From positions 185,013 to 249,012 of the forward strand of contig CAYQZQ010000001.1 in the NCBI GenBank assembly GCA_964422035.1: a stretch of DNA of 64,000 nt, written 5' to 3'. Position numbers and translations under genes: made by a program. Positions 1 through 8,983 of the stretch are shown piece after piece. How positions within the stretch are numbered: the first letter of the stretch is position 1; each line of letters opens with the position of its first letter. A model generated the notes under the pieces. That model was not told the origin of the DNA and searched no databases. It saw only the letters and a program-made list of their open reading frames with translations. The DNA comes from an uncultured Pseudomonadales bacterium (GTDB lineage Bacteria > Patescibacteriota > Microgenomatia > UBA1400 > Chazhemtobacteraceae).

Positions 1-575
1 TTGGCTACAGAGTTAGCTGCATCTACGACTATTTTGAGAGGTTTTATGTTTTGCAGATCATCTTTTTTTGATTGACATTCGATAAGTTTGTCAGTTATGT
101 GAGTAGCTGTAGTGTATCTACCTTGACTAACTGGAGGGAAGTTATTTTCTAGGACAAGGTCTTTAATTTCTTTTATTCCTGAGTTTCCGCTAATTGGTAC
201 TGCCTTGGCTCTGACAAGCTTGAAACCGTTGTATTGTTTAGGATTGTGAGAGGCAGAGACCTGGATACCGCCGTGGAGTTTTAAGAAGCCGACGGCAAAG
301 TAGAAAGTAGGGGTTGAGTTAAAACCAATGTCAACAACGGTTATTCCACTATCGATCAAGCCTTTGATTAGAAAGCCTTTGATTTGCGGAGATGACAAGC
401 GCATATCATTGGATACGGCGATTTTAATTTGATCCTCATTCTCAAGTTCAGATTGAATCAATTGAGCATATGCCCTACCGATGCGATAAGCAACTTTGGA
501 GTCAATTTGATCAGGATAAATCCCCCTGATGTCATAAGTCTTAAAAATAGACGGGTCAATTTTTTGTTTGTTCAT
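1..575 (-). CDS. Phosphomannomutase/phosphoglucomutase, N-terminal part. The C-terminus lies beyond the window start.
   Basis: The reverse-strand ORF starts at the ATG at 573-575 (MNKQKIDPSIFKTYDIRGIY...). It contains the phosphoserine-loop motif SASHNP of the alpha-D-phosphohexomutase family. It is absent from the ORF track because it is truncated by the window edge. Confidence 0.7.
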   Translation of the reverse strand, partial: MNKQKIDPSIFKTYDIRGIYPDQIDSKVAYRIGRAYAQLIQSELENEDQIKIAVSNDMRLSSPQIKGFLIKGLIDSGITVVDIGFNSTPTFYFAVGFLKLHGGIQVSASHNPKQYNGFKLVRAKAVPISGNSGIKEIKDLVLENNFPPVSQGRYTTATHITDKLIECQSKKDDLQNIKPLKIVVDAANSVA

Positions 576-642
576 AATCAGATTATAACAAGTCGTTTGC
601 TGTGATGTTGTGCAGAATATAAGTGTTGTGTAAACTACAAAT

Positions 643-2910
643 ATGCCTGCCGTATTAAATTTTAAGGACATTGACCGTGAAGATATTGAGTTAGTCGGAG
701 GAAAGGGAGCTAATTTGGGAGAGATGACACGGGCCGGTTTTCCTGTTCCAGCAGGTTTTTGTGTGACAGCGCAGACGTATAGGAAAATCATTGAATACAA
801 CGATTTAGATGGAGAGATTCGCCAGATCTTGGAGTCTTTGGATGTACATGATAGTAGAAAGTTGAAAAAAGCGGCGGGAAAAGTAAAAAGATTGATTGAG
901 AGGGCAGACGTGCCGCCTGATATTGTAAATGAGATTATCACAGCATATGAGAAGTTGAAAGAAGGTGAGAGACATCCTTTGGTGGCTGTACGTAGCAGTG
1001 CTACGGCTGAAGATTTACCTGATGCGAGTTTTGCCGGCCAACAAGCTACCTTTTTAAACGTTAAAGGCGAGGCTGAGTTAATGCAGTCGGTGAGAAAAGC
1101 TTGGGCATCTTTATTTGAACCACGGGCAATATTTTATAGAGAAAATAAGGGTTTTGATCATTTTAAGGTAGCTCTGGCTGTTCCGGTGCAGTTGATGGTG
1201 CAAAGTGAAACCAGTGGAATTATGTTTACTATCAATCCGATCAATAATGACAAGCGAAGAGTGGTAATCGAAGCTGTATGGGGTCTGGGAGAGATGGCTG
1301 TGCAGGGCAAGTATACTCCTGACAGGTATCAGGTTGATAAAACTTCCAAGCAACTTTATTCATTGGTGGTAAACAGACAAGAAGAGCAGTTAATTCGTCA
1401 AGGGAAGAATACTAAAGAAGTGGATGTTCCCGAGAAACAGATAGAGGAGCAAAAATTGGATGAAAAACAAGTTATTAGACTGGCCGAGATAGGAATTAAG
1501 CTTCAAGACCATTACACATACCCTCAAGATGTTGAGTGGGCGGAAGAGGATGGTGAGCTTTACATTGTACAGACCAGACCAATTACAACCATGGACAAGG
1601 CAAAAGAAGCAAAAAGCAAGAAGATCGTAGGCATTAATAAGCTGGAAGAGATTTTAGAAGGAATTCCTGCTGCACCGGGGACAGCTTGGGGACCACCCAA
1701 GATCATTAAATCATCAAATGATCTTGAAAAAATTAAAGACGGAGATGTTTTAGTTACTGAGATGACAACTCCTGATTTTGTGCCTGGAATGAAAAGAGCG
1801 GTAGCAATTGTGACGGACAAAGGAGGGCAGACTTCTCATGCGGCAATTGTTTCCCGCGAACTGGGATTGCCGGCTGTAGTAGGAACTGATAATGCTTCTA
1901 AGGTTTTGAGTGATTATAAACTTATTACTGTGGATGGCAGCACAGGAAAAATATATCAAAAAAAACCTGAGCTGAAGGAAAAACAGAGCAGTGTTGTCAA
2001 GAAGATTCAACCAGAGGAAGCTATTGAGACGGCCACTAAAGTCTATGTTAACCTTGGTGAACCAGAACTAGCTGGCAGGGTGGCAGGAAGGGATGTTGAC
2101 GGTGTAGGGCTTTTGAGAGCCGAGTTTATGATGGCTCAGATAGGGGTACATCCTAAGAAAATTATTGAAGATGGAAAGCAGGAAAAGTTTATCGAAAAAC
2201 TTACAGACGGACTAGAGAGGTTTGGTAAAGCTTTTGGATACAGACCTGTTGTCTATAGAGCAAGTGATTTTAAGACTAATGAGTATCGTAATCTAACGGG
2301 AGGTAAAAATTTTGAACCAGAAGAGGAAAACCCAATGCTTGGGTACAGAGGTGCTTCTAGATACATAACAGACGAAAAAGTGTTTGAAATGGAACTGGAG
2401 GCAATCAATAGAGTGCGGGACAAAAGAGAGGTAAAAAATATCTGGCTAATGATTCCGTTTGTAAGAACACCTGATCAGATGATGAAGGTTAAAAGAATTG
2501 TGGCAGCAAGCGGATTGAGAAGGTCTCCCTCTTTTAAGTTGTGGATGATGGTAGAGGTGCCAACAAATATTATAATGCTGGAGGAGTTTGCTAAAGCAGG
2601 TATTGATGGGATAAGCATTGGAAGCAATGATCTAACCATGTTGACATTAGGAGTTGACAGAGATAATGAGAATGTAGCTAATCTATATGATGAAAGAGAC
2701 CCATCAGTGCTGTGGATGATTGAGACGGCCATTAGAAAGGCCCAGGATCTGGATTTAACGATCAGTATTTGCGGGCAAGCCCCCAGTGTTTATTCTGAGC
2801 TGACAGAAAAGTTGGTTAAATGGGGTGTGACCAGTGTATCGGTTTCACCGGATGCAATTGAGAGAACCAGAGAGATTGTCTATGAATGTGAAAAAAGATT
2901 GATGAAATAA
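643..2910 (+). CDS. ppsA: Phosphoenolpyruvate synthase (pyruvate, water dikinase)
   Basis: 755 aa. N-terminal ATP-grasp region (GGKGANLGEM), phosphohistidine swivel-domain motif GGQTSHAAIVSRELGLPAVVG, and C-terminal PEP-utilising TIM-barrel region. Confidence 0.85.
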   Translation: MPAVLNFKDIDREDIELVGGKGANLGEMTRAGFPVPAGFCVTAQTYRKIIEYNDLDGEIRQILESLDVHDSRKLKKAAGKVKRLIERADVPPDIVNEIITAYEKLKEGERHPLVAVRSSATAEDLPDASFAGQQATFLNVKGEAELMQSVRKAWASLFEPRAIFYRENKGFDHFKVALAVPVQLMVQSETSGIMFTINPINNDKRRVVIEAVWGLGEMAVQGKYTPDRYQVDKTSKQLYSLVVNRQEEQLIRQGKNTKEVDVPEKQIEEQKLDEKQVIRLAEIGIKLQDHYTYPQDVEWAEEDGELYIVQTRPITTMDKAKEAKSKKIVGINKLEEILEGIPAAPGTAWGPPKIIKSSNDLEKIKDGDVLVTEMTTPDFVPGMKRAVAIVTDKGGQTSHAAIVSRELGLPAVVGTDNASKVLSDYKLITVDGSTGKIYQKKPELKEKQSSVVKKIQPEEAIETATKVYVNLGEPELAGRVAGRDVDGVGLLRAEFMMAQIGVHPKKIIEDGKQEKFIEKLTDGLERFGKAFGYRPVVYRASDFKTNEYRNLTGGKNFEPEEENPMLGYRGASRYITDEKVFEMELEAINRVRDKREVKNIWLMIPFVRTPDQMMKVKRIVAASGLRRSPSFKLWMMVEVPTNIIMLEEFAKAGIDGISIGSNDLTMLTLGVDRDNENVANLYDERDPSVLWMIETAIRKAQDLDLTISICGQAPSVYSELTEKLVKWGVTSVSVSPDAIERTREIVYECEKRLMK

Positions 2911-2930
2911 TTCGTGATAAACTTTAAGAT

Positions 2931-4205
2931 ATGGCAAAAATAAAAAAGATCGAGGCTAGAGAAATTTTGGACTCACGAGGAAATCCTACTGTTCAGACAA
3001 CTATATGGGCTGACAGTGGCCAAGCTACGATTGCATCTGTACCAGCAGGTGCCAGTACTGGTAAATATGAAGCTAAAGAACTGCGAGACGAAGACCCTAA
3101 TCGCTTTGGGGGTAAAGGTGTATTAAAAGCTGTTGACAATGTAAACAAGATAATTGCTCCAGAGATTGTGGGTATGGATCCTAGATATCAATCTCCTATT
3201 GATAAAAAGATTATAAAGATAGATGGGACCAAGGATAAGTCTAAATTGGGTGCAAATGCAATTTTGTCAGTTTCTCAAGCAGTGGCAGAGTTGGGAGCAA
3301 TTGTGTCCGGCAGACAGGCCTTTGAGTACATAGCTGAAAAGTATGAGTTGTTTAACAGCTCGTCGATGATGCCAGGCGGATTATTTAATCTAATTAATGG
3401 AGGTGCTCATGGTGCGGGAAACAACTTAAATTTTCAAGAGTTTCATATCATACCCTCGACTCGGGTAAAGTTTTCTCAGGCACTTGAGACAGCTGAAAAC
3501 ATATATCAAACTTTAAAGTCCTCTCTGAAAAAAAGAAAGACTTCATATGCCGTAGGTGATGAAGGAGGTTTTGCTCCCAATTTATATGCTAATACTGATG
3601 CCGTCGAGTTTTTGATAGAAGCTACCAAAACAGCTGGATATAGTTTGGGAAAGGATATTTTTATGGGGATCGATGCAGCTGCTAATTACTTTCATAAATC
3701 TGGTAAATACCAACTACAAGATAAATCACAACCTATGGACACAAATGAACTGATTGAATTCTATGAACAAATGCAGAATGATTACCAGCTCTTCTTACTT
3801 GAAGACGGTTTAGCAGAGGATGACTTTAAAGCTTGGGCGCAATTACAGCAAAAGTTAGGACAAAACACTTTAATAGTGGCTGATGACTTGACGGCCACAA
3901 ATAAAGACAGGCTGCAAAAAGCAATTGAGATGAAGGCCTGTGGCGGGGTAATTATCAAACCCAACCAGATTGGGACTATCTCCGAGACAGTTGACGTTGT
4001 TAAGTTGTGCAAAGATAATAAATTAACTGTGATTGTTTCCCACAGGTCTGGCGAGACAATTGATGATTTTATTGCTGATTTTGCGGTAGGTGTGGGAGCA
4101 GATTATGTTAAGTTTGGGGCACCATCAAGAGGAGAAAGAGTAGTTAAATACAACAGACTGATAGCAATTGAAGAAATGATTGAAGGGTCAAGGAAAAAGC
4201 AGTAG
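2931..4205 (+). CDS. eno: Enolase
   Basis: Canonical enolase N-terminus MAKIKKIEAREILDSRGNPTVQT; 424 aa. Confidence 0.95.
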   Translation: MAKIKKIEAREILDSRGNPTVQTTIWADSGQATIASVPAGASTGKYEAKELRDEDPNRFGGKGVLKAVDNVNKIIAPEIVGMDPRYQSPIDKKIIKIDGTKDKSKLGANAILSVSQAVAELGAIVSGRQAFEYIAEKYELFNSSSMMPGGLFNLINGGAHGAGNNLNFQEFHIIPSTRVKFSQALETAENIYQTLKSSLKKRKTSYAVGDEGGFAPNLYANTDAVEFLIEATKTAGYSLGKDIFMGIDAAANYFHKSGKYQLQDKSQPMDTNELIEFYEQMQNDYQLFLLEDGLAEDDFKAWAQLQQKLGQNTLIVADDLTATNKDRLQKAIEMKACGGVIIKPNQIGTISETVDVVKLCKDNKLTVIVSHRSGETIDDFIADFAVGVGADYVKFGAPSRGERVVKYNRLIAIEEMIEGSRKKQ

Positions 4206-4207
4206 TT

Positions 4208-4876
4208 TTAAGAGATGTGGTAGGAGGTATAATCTCCAAACGGATTTTCTACAATGGAGGCTTGATTTTTGGTTAAGTCTTCAAAGTACATTCTAATCAA
4301 CCTCATGGTGTTATTATTGCCACAAAAGGCTACATTAATGTTTTCTTCCAACACCTTCTTTTCTAGTTGTTGGCAAAAAGGTTTGACGCGGTTTTCCCAG
4401 ACCATTTTCAGACTTTCACCATTAGGCGGAGGGTAGTCCCAGGCACGCTTCCAAAGTATAAACTGTTTGGGTTTTTCCTTTATTAATTTCATTTTATTTT
4501 TGCCGGTGAGATCCCCATAGTCTCTTTCCTTTATTCCCTCTTGAGGTTCATAGGGAACCTGAGGTTTTAGCTTCATTAGAGGATCTAAAGTTTGTTGACA
4601 ACGAGTCAGGGGAGGACTTAAGAAAAGATCAATTTGTTTGTCTTTTAACTTTTGGGCTAGTTTTTTTGCTTGTTCTTTTCCAGCCTGTGTTAACTCAACG
4701 TCTCTTCTTCCAGAAAAGATGCGGTTTTTATTGTCGTGGGTTTGGGTGTGACGAAAGAGGTAAAGAATAGGTTTCTGTTGAGAGTCAGTTTTAGGCAGTT
4801 CTTTCTGGGTTTGACCAGGGGCCTTTACTGAACCTAAGGCTGATTTTTTCAACTTTTGAAATCGTTTTTTGTCCAT
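4208..4876 (-). CDS. Histidine-phosphatase superfamily protein (phosphoglycerate-mutase-like branch)
   Basis: LYLFRHTQTHDN is an RHG-type catalytic motif near the N-terminus. The substrate is unknown. Converges on eno with a 2-nt gap. Confidence 0.55.
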   Translation of the reverse strand: MDKKRFQKLKKSALGSVKAPGQTQKELPKTDSQQKPILYLFRHTQTHDNKNRIFSGRRDVELTQAGKEQAKKLAQKLKDKQIDLFLSPPLTRCQQTLDPLMKLKPQVPYEPQEGIKERDYGDLTGKNKMKLIKEKPKQFILWKRAWDYPPPNGESLKMVWENRVKPFCQQLEKKVLEENINVAFCGNNNTMRLIRMYFEDLTKNQASIVENPFGDYTSYHIS

Positions 4877-4886
4877 GGTTGCTTTT

Positions 4887-6413
4887 CTATACGAAGCTTT
4901 TCCCAGTCATGTCATCGGGGATCGTCAATCCTAATATTTTTAATATTGTGGGTGCTAGATCAGATAATTTACCTTTATTATATTTAATCTGACTGTAATT
5001 ATTAGATATTAAGATAAGTGGTGCAGGGTTAGTACTATGAGCTGTAATAACTCTTCCTTTTTTAGTTAACATTTGCTCTGCATTCCCATGATCGGCTGTT
5101 ATTAGAATGTTAAATTCATGTTTTTGGGCCACCGATATCATTTTGCTTAAAACTTTATCTACTGTTTCGCACGCGCTAATTGTTGCTTTTATATTTCCAG
5201 TATGCCCCACCATATCTGCATTGCAAATATTTACGAAAATTACTTCATGTTGGCCTTTTTGTATATCCTTGATTACCTTTTCAGCTATGTCTGGAGTTCT
5301 CATTTTTGGTCTTTCATCATGGGTTTTGATATCAGAGTACGAGTCGAGCATAACTCTATCCTCATTTTTGTATGGTTTTTCTCTTTTGCAATTCATAAAG
5401 AAGGTTAAGTGGGCAAACTTCTCTGTTTCTGTGATTCTGAGTTGTTTTAATCCAGCTTTTGATAAAACTTCTCCTAAGGTATTTTCTATCTTCTTGGGTT
5501 CAAACATTACCTTAATTGGGAAATCACTATTGTATTGGGTCATGGTTACTATTTTGATGCTATTTGGTCCTTTTTCTTGGATTTTTCTTGCTAGTTGGCG
5601 TGGCCTATCGCTGCGAAAGTTAACCATAACCAAGGCATCCCCTTCTTTGAATACTCCCTTTTTATCAATTAGGATCGGTTCTACAAATTCATCTGTTACT
5701 CGGCGGCCATAGCTTAACTGTAAAGCTTCTACTGCTTTATTGTATTCAACACCTTTGCCTTGGGTATAGAGTTTATATGCCTTTTCTGTTCTATTCCAAT
5801 TTTTTTCTCTATCCATTGCAAAATAGCGTCCTATTACCGTTGATATTTTGCCAATTTTCAATTTCATTGTATAACCCTGCAGTTCTTTTATGAAATGTAT
5901 ACCACTGTTTGGATCAGTGTCTCGCCCATCTGTTACTAAATGAAGGTAGGCTGTTTCAATTCCTGACTGCTTGGCTGCTTTTAAGGTTGCTTTCCAATGG
6001 TCAATGTGTGAATGGACTCCCCCGTCGCTTAATAAACCCCATAGGTGTAGTCTTGAATCATTTTTCTTTACAAAATCAAATGCTTGTCTTAATGTTTTGT
6101 TTTTAAAGAAAGATTTATCCTTAATAGCTTCGTTAATTCTGAGCAAATCTTGCTTGATGACTCTGCCGGCCCCGATTGCTTGATGATTTACTTCTGAAGT
6201 CCCCATTTGCCCACTGGGTAACCCCACTTGTTTTCCAGAAGTTTTTAAAATGGCGTGTGGATGTTTTCGCCATGATTTATCAAAGAAGGGTGTTTTGGCT
6301 TTAAAAATCGCATTACCATCATATTCTTTACCTAGTCCCCATCCATCCAATATAACTAACATTACCTTTGCTTTTTCTACTTGCTTAGTTTTTTTAACCG
6401 GTTTGTTGATCAT
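4887..6413 (-). CDS. gpmI: 2,3-bisphosphoglycerate-independent phosphoglycerate mutase
   Basis: 508 aa with the iPGM N-terminus VMLVILDGWGLG and metal-binding phosphatase/transferase domain motifs (ITADHGN). Confidence 0.9.
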   Translation of the reverse strand: MINKPVKKTKQVEKAKVMLVILDGWGLGKEYDGNAIFKAKTPFFDKSWRKHPHAILKTSGKQVGLPSGQMGTSEVNHQAIGAGRVIKQDLLRINEAIKDKSFFKNKTLRQAFDFVKKNDSRLHLWGLLSDGGVHSHIDHWKATLKAAKQSGIETAYLHLVTDGRDTDPNSGIHFIKELQGYTMKLKIGKISTVIGRYFAMDREKNWNRTEKAYKLYTQGKGVEYNKAVEALQLSYGRRVTDEFVEPILIDKKGVFKEGDALVMVNFRSDRPRQLARKIQEKGPNSIKIVTMTQYNSDFPIKVMFEPKKIENTLGEVLSKAGLKQLRITETEKFAHLTFFMNCKREKPYKNEDRVMLDSYSDIKTHDERPKMRTPDIAEKVIKDIQKGQHEVIFVNICNADMVGHTGNIKATISACETVDKVLSKMISVAQKHEFNILITADHGNAEQMLTKKGRVITAHSTNPAPLILISNNYSQIKYNKGKLSDLAPTILKILGLTIPDDMTGKSFV

Positions 6414-6529
6414 GGATTTTTAAATTCTTAATTTATTATGCGAATATATTATTGTCTTCGTTGTTCTCTACTATATCATGTGCTTTACTCACTTTTACTA
6501 CACTACTTTTGCTTTGCTATAGTAAAGGT

Positions 6530-8236
6530 ATGAATAAAAAAATTGTAAGTGTAGAGGACAAAAATCTGGCCAAAGAGCCAAACTTAGAAAATTATCAAAA
6601 AGCCTACAAAGATTTCGATCTTGATCAAATCAAAGACAAGATGGATTTTTTTGAAGATGGGAAGTTTAATGCGGCACACAACGCAATAGGAAGGCATGCT
6701 GATACAGAGCTTAAAAACAAAGTTGCTTTGTACTGGTTAAGTGAGGACATGGAGGAAACCAAAAAGTTTACTTTTGACGAGATGGATGAGCTGTCAAGTA
6801 AATTTGCCAACTTACTGATGGACATGGAAGTTAATAAAGGAGACAGAGTGTTTTTCTTTTTACCTAGGGTGCCAGAGATTTATTATGGTTTTCTAGGTGT
6901 TATTAAAAGAGGTGCAATTGCAGGGACATTATTCAGTGCTTTTCAAGAACAATCATTGATTGACAGGTTAAAAAATAGTGGGGCGAAGGTAGTGGTTACT
7001 AATAAAGATCTTGTTGAACGGGTTGAGAAGGTAAAATCAGAGCTTACTCAGCTGGAGGAAATCATATTAGTAGAAGAGCTGGAAGAGAAATTGGAAGAAC
7101 AGGACAAGGATTTTAAAACCCGGCCGATGGATTTGGATGATCCGGCTTTTATGCTTTATACATCTGGCACAACAGGTAAACCTAAGGGTGTCATTCATGC
7201 ACATCGGGCTATTATGCAGGAACACTTGACAGCTAGATATGTGTTGGATCTTCAAAGTGATGATGTCTATTGGTGTACAGCAGATCCTGGTTGGGTTACT
7301 GGTATTGCCTATGAAATTTTAGGAACATGGAGTATTGGAGCAGCTACCGTAGTATATGAAGGAAGATTTAAGCCAGAAAACTGGTATAAGATTTTACAGG
7401 ACTTTGAAGTGACCGTTTGGTATACAGCACCAACGGCTATAAGAATGATACAAGCAGCAGGTGATGATCTTGTAGATGAGTATGATTTAAGTAACTTAAG
7501 ACACATGTGTAGTGTGGGGGAACCTTTAAATCCTGAAGCTGTCTGGTGGGGGTTGAAAGCTTTTGATTTAGTTTTTCATGACACATGGTGGCAGACAGAA
7601 ACGGGAGGAATTTGTATTGCTAATTATCCATCAATGAAACTTAAGCCGGGATCAATGGGCAAACCCATTCCAGGTGTAGAAGCTGAGATCGTTGATAATG
7701 ACGGAAAACCAATACCGGCCAATCAGGAAGGAAACTTGGCCCTAAAAAAGGGATGGTCCTCACAGATGCTTAAGATTTGGAGAAGGCCCAAAAAATACGA
7801 TAGTTATTTTAAGAACGGCTGGTACATAAGTGGGGACAGAGCTTACAAAGACGATGACGGATATTTCTGGTTTGTGGGAAGAGATGATGATGTAATCAAA
7901 ACCAGCGGTGAAAGGGTGGGTCCCTTTGAGGTTGAGTCAGCTTTGGTGGAACATCCTGATGTGGTAGAGGCAGGAGTTATTGGGAAACCTGATCCAATGA
8001 GAGGGCAAATTATTAAAGCCTTTATTGTCCTTAAACCTGGTGTTAAAGAAAGTAGTAAATTGAAAGATGAGATTGCTCAGTATGTGAAGAAGCATCTGGC
8101 CGGACATGCATATCCGCGAGAAATTGAAGTTATGAATAAACTGCCTAAGACCAGATCAGGAAAAATTGTTAGAAGGATGCTTAGAGCCAAAGAGCTTGAT
8201 CTTGAAGTTGGAGATACCTCAAGCGTAGGAGATTAA
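6530..8236 (+). CDS. AMP-forming acyl-CoA/acetyl-CoA synthetase
   Basis: AMP-binding motif YTSGTTGKPKGV, TWWQTETGG and a C-terminal lysine-region typical of Acs. The ATG at 6530 is preceded by AAAGG. The track's upstream extension (6452) is hydrophobic and likely spurious. Confidence 0.8.
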   Translation: MNKKIVSVEDKNLAKEPNLENYQKAYKDFDLDQIKDKMDFFEDGKFNAAHNAIGRHADTELKNKVALYWLSEDMEETKKFTFDEMDELSSKFANLLMDMEVNKGDRVFFFLPRVPEIYYGFLGVIKRGAIAGTLFSAFQEQSLIDRLKNSGAKVVVTNKDLVERVEKVKSELTQLEEIILVEELEEKLEEQDKDFKTRPMDLDDPAFMLYTSGTTGKPKGVIHAHRAIMQEHLTARYVLDLQSDDVYWCTADPGWVTGIAYEILGTWSIGAATVVYEGRFKPENWYKILQDFEVTVWYTAPTAIRMIQAAGDDLVDEYDLSNLRHMCSVGEPLNPEAVWWGLKAFDLVFHDTWWQTETGGICIANYPSMKLKPGSMGKPIPGVEAEIVDNDGKPIPANQEGNLALKKGWSSQMLKIWRRPKKYDSYFKNGWYISGDRAYKDDDGYFWFVGRDDDVIKTSGERVGPFEVESALVEHPDVVEAGVIGKPDPMRGQIIKAFIVLKPGVKESSKLKDEIAQYVKKHLAGHAYPREIEVMNKLPKTRSGKIVRRMLRAKELDLEVGDTSSVGD

Positions 8237-8934
8237 GATAGCCTTATCAGTATAGTTACTTCACCTTTGATTTTATCGGAAAGCTGATCTTGGATATTTT
8301 GCAGGGTGGAGCGAACAACTTGTTGATGTTTTTTGGTCAGTTCTCTAGTAATTACTATGGAAGTGTCTGAGGGAAAGTTATCTTTCAAGTCATCGATGGT
8401 CGATCTAAGCCGATATGGTGATTCATAGATGATTAAAGTGTGTGAGAGATCTTTACTTAGTTGTTTAGCTGAGTAAAATATGGATTCTCTTTTCGAGGAT
8501 TTTTTAGGAAGAAAACCAACAAATAGAACCCTGTCAGAGGATAAGCCAGACACTGCTAGAGACGAAAGAGCAGCTGTTGGACCTGGTACTATGTCAAGAT
8601 CTTGAGATTTTTCAAGGAAGGTATTTATGAGTTTATAGCCTGGATCTGAGATCGTAGGTAGCCCGGCATCCGATACTAAAAGAGCCTCCCCTACTGTCTC
8701 AATTTTTTCAATTATCTGATCGATTTTATGTTGTTTTTGATAGTCAGTTAAAACTGCATATTCTCCAGAATAGTCATGTTCTATGTAACCCAAATTTTGA
8801 AGTTTTTTGTATAACTTGTTAAATCGTCTGGTATCTTCACATATTACCAGTGAAGATTGAGAGATGGTGTTTATAGCTCTAATAGAGATGTCCTCTATGT
8901 TTCCTAGGGGTAATCCTACAAGTGTAAGTTTCAT
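8233..8934 (-). CDS. rsmI: 16S rRNA (cytidine1402-2'-O)-methyltransferase
   Basis: N-terminal tetrapyrrole-methylase-like motif LTLVGLPLGNIEDISIRAINTISQSSLVICEDTR. Overlaps the acs stop by 4 nt. Confidence 0.85.
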   Translation of the reverse strand: MKLTLVGLPLGNIEDISIRAINTISQSSLVICEDTRRFNKLYKKLQNLGYIEHDYSGEYAVLTDYQKQHKIDQIIEKIETVGEALLVSDAGLPTISDPGYKLINTFLEKSQDLDIVPGPTAALSSLAVSGLSSDRVLFVGFLPKKSSKRESIFYSAKQLSKDLSHTLIIYESPYRLRSTIDDLKDNFPSDTSIVITRELTKKHQQVVRSTLQNIQDQLSDKIKGEVTILIRLS

Positions 8935-8983
8935 GAATATATTTTAACAGGTATGGTTGATAAATATTTGCTATAGTGAGGAT

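Noticed and set aside
1111-2732. Four 80-86-aa minus-strand ORFs inside ppsA
   Set aside because: They lie antisense within a strongly supported 755-aa PEP synthase gene, have hydrophobic low-complexity translations, and have no RBS.
5107-6183. Plus-strand ORFs (up to 201 aa) inside gpmI
   Set aside because: They are antisense to a well-conserved iPGM gene. The Ser/Leu/Phe-rich composition is typical of antisense AT-rich coding DNA.
6452-6529. N-terminal extensions from alternative starts. Instances: acs from 6452, korA 8957 (TTG), lexA 12164, glmS 26579, small ORF 30208, Cas4-like 31692, GT2 35633, rplU 48856.
   Set aside because: In each case, the extension is hydrophobic or odd, lacks an RBS, or overlaps a tRNA. 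An internal ATG with an RBS reproduces the canonical protein N-terminus (for example MCGIF for GlmS, MAVTLYKRQ for LexA).
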